Below are positions 57,382-64,000 of a DNA stretch of 64,000 bases, piece after piece. Position 1 is the first letter of the stretch, and each line of letters starts with the position of its first letter. Made by a program: the position numbers and the translations under genes. Under the pieces are notes generated by a model, which worked only from the letters and a program-made list of their open reading frames with translations, made no database searches and was not told where the DNA came from. Source of the stretch: an archaeon (GTDB taxonomy: Archaea > Nanobdellota > Nanobdellia > Woesearchaeales > UBA9642); NCBI GenBank assembly GCA_020057295.1, contig JAGVGF010000005.1:1-64000 (forward strand). The letters are read 5' to 3'.

Positions 57382-58392
57382 ATGACTGAACTTGACTTAA
57401 AAGATAGAAAAATCCTTTATGAATTAGATAAGAATTGCCGTCAATCTAATAGTCAAATAGCAAAGAAAGTAAGATTGAGTAAAAACGCTGTGCGATACCG
57501 CATAGACAGGATGATTCAGAAAGGGATAATCAAGAAATTTCATACATTAATTAACATCGGAAAACTAGGATATACTGGCTTTCGAATATATGTTAATCTA
57601 AAAAACACTACATCAAAAATAGAAGAGGAAATAATACAATTCTTAAGAAACAGGTCTGAAGTAGTATGGATTGCAAGTCTTGAAGGAGAATATAATCTTG
57701 GGATGTTAATAGTTGCAAAAAATATACGGGAAATAGATAATGTGTGGAATCATTTAATAGAAAACTATATTAATTATTTCTATGAACGTGCACTATCTAT
57801 TGTTGTAAAATCTAGCTATTTTTCTATGGGATATATTATCGATAAAGAACGTAGCGATTATAAGATTACTACAACAACTCTTCCAGATGATAGTATAGAT
57901 AAGATAGACAAGCATATAGTGCAGATGCTTGCCGAAAATGCTAATATATCAATTGTAGAAATAGCAAATCATCTTGATTATAGTTCTAAAACTATAATTG
58001 AAAGAATAAAAAGACTTGAAAAGAAGGGAGTTATTGTTGCATACAAGGCGTTTATAGACTACGAAAAACTAGACTATCAACATTATAAGATAAGTTTCAT
58101 TCTTTCAAAGGTTAGTAAGGAAAAGGAAATGATATTTAGGGAATTCACTAAACAACACCCAAATATTGTAAATTATGAAAAACACATTGGTGGAGGAGAT
58201 GTAGAAATAGATATACATGTTAAAAACCACAGTCATCTTCGAAGAATATTAAGTGAGATTCGAGATAAATTTTCAGACATATTATACGATCACACAATAC
58301 TACAAGTGTATGAAGAACATAAAAATACATATTTCATTTCAGATGAACACAAATTAAGAGATAAAAAAAATTCAGTAGATAAGAAAAAATAA
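57382..58392 (+). CDS. Lrp/AsnC family transcriptional regulator, tandem double HTH-RAM
   Basis: LDLKDRKILYEL..IAKKV..VRYRI and DKIDKHIVQML..IANHL..IERIKRL units. Confidence 0.9.
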   Translation: MTELDLKDRKILYELDKNCRQSNSQIAKKVRLSKNAVRYRIDRMIQKGIIKKFHTLINIGKLGYTGFRIYVNLKNTTSKIEEEIIQFLRNRSEVVWIASLEGEYNLGMLIVAKNIREIDNVWNHLIENYINYFYERALSIVVKSSYFSMGYIIDKERSDYKITTTTLPDDSIDKIDKHIVQMLAENANISIVEIANHLDYSSKTIIERIKRLEKKGVIVAYKAFIDYEKLDYQHYKISFILSKVSKEKEMIFREFTKQHPNIVNYEKHIGGGDVEIDIHVKNHSHLRRILSEIRDKFSDILYDHTILQVYEEHKNTYFISDEHKLRDKKNSVDKKK

Positions 58393-58407
58393 TTCTATAT
58401 TTATTCT

Positions 58408-58806
58408 TTATTTATACTTGAACGAATTATATAATATTATTAGATAGAATATTAATCCGTAAACACATGTTGGAACTCCTAGAGAATATGAACATCCTCC
58501 AGCACATGTGATTACGAAAAGTTCTTGATACATGAAGTATAATGCGAATAATACGCTGATTACTGATAAATATTTTAACATATTTTTTGCGATTACATCT
58601 TTAGGAAGTGCATTTAATGTAAGTGCTGAAATTAATAATGCTATAAAGAATATTAATCCATAAACGCACACAGGATATCCCCATAGAAATGGACATGGTT
58701 CTGTTAATGGACAGTATCCTAAAATCATTTTTGTAAATGTCAAGTATCCTGCAAATAATATTCCTGCAATTGATGCTCCTGTTATCCATACTAAGTTTTT
58801 GTTCAT
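58408..58806 (-). CDS. VKOR/DsbB-like four-TM thiol-disulfide membrane protein
   Basis: Four TMs; Cys clusters CPLTEPC..PVCVYG and CAGGC..PTCVYG. Confidence 0.65.
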   Translation of the reverse strand: MNKNLVWITGASIAGILFAGYLTFTKMILGYCPLTEPCPFLWGYPVCVYGLIFFIALLISALTLNALPKDVIAKNMLKYLSVISVLFALYFMYQELFVITCAGGCSYSLGVPTCVYGLIFYLIILYNSFKYK

Positions 58807-58858
58807 GATGAATTTATGAATGACTTGTTTTTAAAGTTTATGAAAAAAATAAACTAAA

Positions 58859-59779
58859 TTATAGTCTTAATTTCATTCCTGGTGTTGCCATAACTATTTT
58901 AGATTCTAAACCAACCACAAGTGCATACTCTTGAGCTTTAGCATGCATTTCATCTATGAATTTATCGTCGTGTTCTGGATCATGGTGTGTTAATATTAAT
59001 ACTTCTGGCTGAACTTTTAACATGAAGTCTACTAATTGTTTGAAGTCTGCATGTCCCCATCCTGCTTTTGGAACTCCCTTTAGTCCGTACTGTGCAGGAT
59101 TTCTCTCCTCTGGTAAGTATTGGCAATCGTGTAGGATTATTTGAGAGTTCTTGTAAAAATCTCTTAATGTGTCATCTATGCTTTGCACTCCAAATTCGTG
59201 ATCTCCGCTGAATGCAAATATTTTTCCATTCTCATTAAATTTGTATGCAACACATCCTCCAGGATGGTTTGTTTGCTCGAAAGTTATATCTACGGATTTT
59301 GAGATTCTTTTCCCATTTAATGAGTAATGTATTTTTTTCGCCATCATAAATGGCACTGCATCTCCTGTACTTACTGCCTGATATGCTACAGGGAAGTATG
59401 CTTTATTCTGTCTTGTCCCGAGTAATTCTTCAACAACTCTTGGATCTGCATTTCCGTGTATATGGAATGTGTTTCTTGGATCATATAATGGTTTTAAGTA
59501 TGGTGTTCCTTCTGTATGGTCTGCATGGAAGTGTGTGATTAATACTGTATGTTCCTTGCCTTCTTTCGAGTAAGTTCCTCTATTGATTAAGTCTATTCCT
59601 GCCTGCGTGCTTCCGCTTCCTAGATCTACATGGATTAATTCATCGCCTTGTGGTTCAACAAGTAGTGATGTGGTATGTCCTCCGTATTTATCTGTATAAA
59701 AGCTTCTGCCTCTATCTGATGGGCTTGGATAACTTCCTCTTGTTCCGTATATTGTTATATTCATTTTCATCATCTCCAT
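58859..59779 (-). CDS. MBL-fold metallo-hydrolase (phosphodiesterase-like)
   Basis: GTRGS, YGGHTTS, DLGSG, THFHADH, HPGG, GDHE, WGH, HHDP. Confidence 0.9.
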   Translation of the reverse strand: MEMMKMNITIYGTRGSYPSPSDRGRSFYTDKYGGHTTSLLVEPQGDELIHVDLGSGSTQAGIDLINRGTYSKEGKEHTVLITHFHADHTEGTPYLKPLYDPRNTFHIHGNADPRVVEELLGTRQNKAYFPVAYQAVSTGDAVPFMMAKKIHYSLNGKRISKSVDITFEQTNHPGGCVAYKFNENGKIFAFSGDHEFGVQSIDDTLRDFYKNSQIILHDCQYLPEERNPAQYGLKGVPKAGWGHADFKQLVDFMLKVQPEVLILTHHDPEHDDKFIDEMHAKAQEYALVVGLESKIVMATPGMKLRL

Positions 59780-59925
59780 TGTTTGTAATTGTTTATTATT
59801 TGTTAATATTATTCTGTTAATTCTGACTTATACTACTATAAGGTGTGTAGAATATATAAAATAAAACACTCTATTTTTATGAATAATTCTTAAAATTTAT
59901 ATATTAATTAAGCATTTTTCTTATT

Positions 59926-60927
59926 ATGAAGGTACTTTTTGAGAAAGAATCAACAATCAAGCTTGATGCTAAAGATTGGGCAATACTCAATGCTTTAATA
60001 GATAATGAACGTCAACCTATTTCTAAGATTGCAAAAAAATGTTTATTATCAAGACAGTCTGTTGATTACAGAATTAAGCAGATGACTGAAAATGGTTTGA
60101 TTACTGGTTATAGGACTGTTGTTGATGTAAAAAAGTTCGGATATAATTCGTATCACGTGTTTATTAATGTAAATAATAAGATTCAGGAAGCGTTATTAAA
60201 AAATTCTGCAGTACATTCTGAATCTGCAAATGCAATAATTAGTTATAAAGGAAAATATTGTTATGAATTATCTATAATGGCAAGAAACCCTGAAGAGTTT
60301 CAGAAAAAATATTCTGAAATTATTAAAGGAATATCAATAACTGATGATGAGCCGCTGCTTTTAGTAAAAACTGTAACAGGAAAGGTCCTTCCTGAAAAAT
60401 TTATTAAAAAGATTAAGAAACCGGAACAAAAGATTCCTGAAAAGAAACATGAAGAATACGTTGCAGATGAAATTGATATAAAATTACTTAAATTATTATC
60501 TAATAATGCTAACATAAATAATATTGCGCTTGCAAAAAAGTTAGAAATATCCAAAGATACTGTGACATACAGAATACGTAAATTAGTTAATTCTGGATAT
60601 ATAATAAATTTTAGGCCTGCAATAAATTATGATTCTATAGGATTATCAATCGAAACAGTTCTTTTAAAACTAAACACTCAAGATGGCATTGAAGAACTTG
60701 AAAAATATATGCGCGGTAATGATAATATTTTGTGGGCTGCAAGAACATTCGGCTCATATGATTATATAATATATATTTTAAGTGAAGATATTTCAGAATT
60801 TCACAAAACATTTAATCTATTTAAGGATAAGTTCGGGAATATGATACGAGATTATGAGTTATTATTTGCATACTCTCAAGAAAAATATTCATTCATGGCC
60901 GAGTGTATTGGCAAGGAAAAGGTATAA
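59926..60927 (+). CDS. Lrp/AsnC family transcriptional regulator, tandem double HTH-RAM
   Basis: LDAKDWAIL..IAKK..VDYRI and DEIDIKLL..LAKKL..VTYRIRKL units. Confidence 0.9.
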   Translation: MKVLFEKESTIKLDAKDWAILNALIDNERQPISKIAKKCLLSRQSVDYRIKQMTENGLITGYRTVVDVKKFGYNSYHVFINVNNKIQEALLKNSAVHSESANAIISYKGKYCYELSIMARNPEEFQKKYSEIIKGISITDDEPLLLVKTVTGKVLPEKFIKKIKKPEQKIPEKKHEEYVADEIDIKLLKLLSNNANINNIALAKKLEISKDTVTYRIRKLVNSGYIINFRPAINYDSIGLSIETVLLKLNTQDGIEELEKYMRGNDNILWAARTFGSYDYIIYILSEDISEFHKTFNLFKDKFGNMIRDYELLFAYSQEKYSFMAECIGKEKV

Positions 60928-60931
60928 AAAA

Positions 60932-62125
60932 ATGGATGCAAAAAAATATGTTGGGGAAAATGGGAGAATAAGCTGTGAATTCATATTTGATGAGTATAAT
61001 GGTAATAATTATCAAAGTGATTTAAAGAATTGGATAGCATATCAGGAACGAAGGACCGAGGAAAATCCTGAAGATTTAAGTTACAAATTTTTAGATCTTA
61101 AACATTATCCTATTATCCCTTATCAAACTTTCAAAGATGAGGTTGTAAGATTATTCGGGATGTGTCTTACACAGATGATTAAGAATGATTCTCAATTAGT
61201 TAAAGGAGATAAATTAAATATACAGATAAAATTGCTTAGTGTAAAAGCTTCTGAAGATTATTTTAATTATGATGAAGATTCTTCAAATCCTGAAGTTGCA
61301 TGTTTTACGGGGCCAGGAGGATGGTTTTTACAACATTTAGTCTCACAATGGATATATTTGAAACGAATAGATTATAGAAATGTAGAACGTTTCTTTACGG
61401 AAAGGATAAGATTACATTATGGATATCAAGAAAAAGAATACTCGTTTGCAAATAAATACGAGAAAAACTTTAAAGGACTTCCTGGAATTGCGCATACTTA
61501 CTGTCTTAAATATCTTTATGCTTCAGTATTTTATTTGAAAGAAGATGGTTTAAAAGATTTTATAGTTAAGACAAGAGATTTTGGTGCTTTTGAGATAAGA
61601 CCTAATGCTATAGAAGCATACAGTTCACATATTGCGCATCTTGCAGAATTAACATCTAAATATGCTAAGACATATTATGAATCTTATCTTGGTGAGGGGA
61701 ATGTTACTGCAGAAAGTGAAACTTCAATAGGAAGAGTTATTTGTACGATTATTGCAATGCATATTTCTAAGACTCAAGGAAGAAATTATACTGTTGTTGT
61801 GAAATCACAAGAATTCAAGAATACTGATATCACAAGCTTTGATGCACTTTTCGCTTCTCAATATGCTCAGAAGATAATTATTAAAGATTTTCATCCAAAA
61901 GTCATAACTGAAACTATAGACACACTAAAGAATATTGATCAACCCATAATCTTTCTTAAAGTGTATGAGGAAGCATGTAAGAGTCTTGGAGTAAGTAATA
62001 AGAATATAGCACTTACTGCTACACAATTCTATTCGCTTGTTCGAAAAGCTATTTCTACTGCTGAAGTATATTATGCTAGTAAAATGACTGAAAAAGGTTT
62101 TGATGGTACAGTCATGAAAAGTTAA
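60932..62125 (+). CDS. Hypothetical protein
   Basis: ~397 aa ORF starting just after the Lrp stop. Confidence 0.7.
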   Translation: MDAKKYVGENGRISCEFIFDEYNGNNYQSDLKNWIAYQERRTEENPEDLSYKFLDLKHYPIIPYQTFKDEVVRLFGMCLTQMIKNDSQLVKGDKLNIQIKLLSVKASEDYFNYDEDSSNPEVACFTGPGGWFLQHLVSQWIYLKRIDYRNVERFFTERIRLHYGYQEKEYSFANKYEKNFKGLPGIAHTYCLKYLYASVFYLKEDGLKDFIVKTRDFGAFEIRPNAIEAYSSHIAHLAELTSKYAKTYYESYLGEGNVTAESETSIGRVICTIIAMHISKTQGRNYTVVVKSQEFKNTDITSFDALFASQYAQKIIIKDFHPKVITETIDTLKNIDQPIIFLKVYEEACKSLGVSNKNIALTATQFYSLVRKAISTAEVYYASKMTEKGFDGTVMKS

Positions 62126-62239
62126 TGTTTCTGTACGTATTTATAATCATTCTATCATAGAAAATTTGTGTTACTACGCAAAAATTTATAAATAGATGAT
62201 TACATACTTAAGGTATTGATAGTTTGAGGGTGTATTCGT

Positions 62240-63061
62240 ATGAATATGAAAAAATTCAAGAAATTTTTTGTTAACATTTTTCACGGTTTAAAGGGTGCAG
62301 CGATATTTTTTATGCTTAGTGTTATGTTCTTCGCATTCCTAAAGATATTATATATTTTACTTGATAGAAACTTATTATTATCTAAATATACTATCGGATG
62401 GATAATGGCCGCGTTTGTCGTTGTAGGATTCATCTATGGCTTGATTGCGTATAGAAAGAAGAATCATCATTATAAAGTTTATACGTTAACTGCAAAGAAT
62501 TTTGTGATTAATCTTTTGTTGACTATAGTATTCACAGGATATTTCTGGTATGTTCTACGTAATAAGATAATTCCATCTAATACAATATACTTATTTTTTG
62601 TATTAGCATTTGTTCTATTTTACGCGTTCAGTGCTCTAATAAGCAATATTCATCATCACGTCAGTAAGAAACAGCATAAGAGAATAAGAAAGAGCACAAT
62701 ACTTGCTGCTATTGTTTTTAATCCTATATTTGTATTAATATATTTATGGCTATTCAGCATGGTCGTATATAATGCAGTATATGTTCCATGTGGTGTGAGT
62801 GCTGTAGGTGTGGATAGAAATGTTTATGCTACTAGTACTAAGAATTTGGGCATTATGCCTCAGGAAAGAATTATTTCTATTGATAATGTTCCTGTGAAAT
62901 CTTTACAAGATGTTAAGGATTATATGAATTCTTTACAAGTTACTAAAGAGGTTACTGTAGAAACAATTAATCAAACATATCTTGTTAAAACATATCAAGT
63001 TGATGATAAGCGTTACATGGGATTGTTGTTACAGGAAGAAGTTTGTCCTAGAACATACTAA
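62240..63061 (+). CDS. Membrane protein with C-terminal PDZ-like domain
   Basis: Five TMs, then GIMPQERIISIDNVPV (PDZ-like). Confidence 0.7.
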   Translation: MNMKKFKKFFVNIFHGLKGAAIFFMLSVMFFAFLKILYILLDRNLLLSKYTIGWIMAAFVVVGFIYGLIAYRKKNHHYKVYTLTAKNFVINLLLTIVFTGYFWYVLRNKIIPSNTIYLFFVLAFVLFYAFSALISNIHHHVSKKQHKRIRKSTILAAIVFNPIFVLIYLWLFSMVVYNAVYVPCGVSAVGVDRNVYATSTKNLGIMPQERIISIDNVPVKSLQDVKDYMNSLQVTKEVTVETINQTYLVKTYQVDDKRYMGLLLQEEVCPRTY

Positions 63062-63119
63062 TTTTTTATTCTATTTCTTATAACAAACTATTTAAAGGAG
63101 TTTGGAGTATTTTATTTCT

Positions 63120-63701
63120 ATGAGTGGTGAGTTTGGTAGTTATAATAAGTTTTCTATGCCTCCAGAGCATGTGAAATTAATTGAGATTAAGATTAAGAGG
63201 ATTGGACAATTATTTAATTCATTTGATCCTAGCCCGTTTCTTGAAAAAGATCTTGATGATGATGCATTCGAGTATATTGTTAGTAGTGTTTCTGAACATG
63301 CTCATAAAATTAAGCAGAAAATACTTATACATTTGCCTAAGAATCAGCGTACTAAAATGTCTGAAGTTGAAATAAGGAGAGCTATTCATAATTATTTTGA
63401 GTATAAGAAGATTCTTGCTGAACGTGAAATTAAATTAAAATTACGTGAAGGAGAATTTAGCCTAATAATTGGTATAATCTTTTTAGTGGCTTGTTTATGG
63501 ATTAGGAATTGGCTTTTAGGAATTCCTGATATTGCACAAACTGTATGGACACATATTCTTATTGAAGGTTTACTTATTGGTGGATGGGTTGCAATGTGGA
63601 AGCCAATCTCTGATATATTGTATGAATGGTGGCCATTATACAAAGAAAAAAGTATTTTCCACAAGATTTCTGATATGGATATAGAATTTAGATATACTTA
63701 A
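63120..63701 (+). CDS. Conserved hypothetical membrane protein
   Basis: QLFNSFDPSPFLEKDLDDDA and EGLLIGGWVAMWKP..LYEWWP; two TMs. Confidence 0.75.
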   Translation: MSGEFGSYNKFSMPPEHVKLIEIKIKRIGQLFNSFDPSPFLEKDLDDDAFEYIVSSVSEHAHKIKQKILIHLPKNQRTKMSEVEIRRAIHNYFEYKKILAEREIKLKLREGEFSLIIGIIFLVACLWIRNWLLGIPDIAQTVWTHILIEGLLIGGWVAMWKPISDILYEWWPLYKEKSIFHKISDMDIEFRYT

Positions 63702-63713
63702 ATTAATATATTC

Positions 63714-64000
63714 TTATACTAGTCCTTGTAAAGCATATCCTATAAGATATGCTGCTCCAGAAGCAATTCCGCCAACAACGAGCATTTCCAATCCTGATAA
63801 GAACCAGTTCTTTCCTGTAACATACGTTTTTAACGCTCCTAGCGCGAAAAGTGTTAATGCTGTAAGAATTATTGCAACCAAAAGCATATTTAGAACTATT
63901 CCAAAAAATATTGCTAGAACAAACGCAAGCAAAGGAATAAATCCGAATAAAATAAAAGATCCAAATGTTACTAACGCGTTTTTTATTGGAGATTCCTCGT
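63714..64000 (-). CDS. VIT1/CCC1 family Fe/Mn transporter, C-terminal part cut by window edge
   Basis: PIKNALVTFGSFILFGFIPL, LFALGALK, SGLEMLVVGG motifs. Confidence 0.85.
   Translation of the reverse strand, partial: EESPIKNALVTFGSFILFGFIPLLAFVLAIFFGIVLNMLLVAIILTALTLFALGALKTYVTGKNWFLSGLEMLVVGGIASGAAYLIGYALQGLV

Noticed and set aside
1-64000. tRNA, rRNA, CRISPR array, transposase, integrase or reverse transcriptase
   Set aside because: No cloverleaf, spaced direct repeats or catalytic motifs seen by eye; all long ORFs are otherwise explained

Overview
AT-rich, gene-dense archaeal chromosomal segment. Archaeal identity is shown by RadA, the archaeal S10/spc ribosomal superoperon (eS4, eL19, eL32, Rpp29, aIF1), NIP7, TATA-box promoters and class III pilin signals. 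Gene style suggests DPANN, probably Woesearchaeota (inference). From left to right: the end of a glycosylation cluster; membrane and secreted hypotheticals with a pilin; radA behind a small putative ssDNA-binding protein with a structured RNA leader; arginine decarboxylase; a secreted metalloprotease next to a protein with a Bacteroidota/Ignavibacteria-type T9SS C-terminal domain; acetate kinase; truD; a long, hydrolase-dead RelA/SpoT homologue behind adk; pgk; an ABC exporter; a lytic transglycosylase; the 24-gene ribosomal operon with a ~230-nt structured leader; then ppa, phosphatases, hflKC, two double-Lrp regulators, VKOR-like, MBL hydrolase and VIT1 genes. No tRNA, rRNA, CRISPR array or transposase was seen. 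The best leads are (1) a set of exported proteins with bacterial FCB-style signals plus a peptidoglycan lytic transglycosylase, which hints at a bacterial host or prey, (2) a possible archaeal stringent-response enzyme, (3) several unannotated minus-strand structured RNA leaders, and (4) one small domain fused to both acetate kinase and an ABC permease. All family calls come from motif recognition by eye, not database searches.
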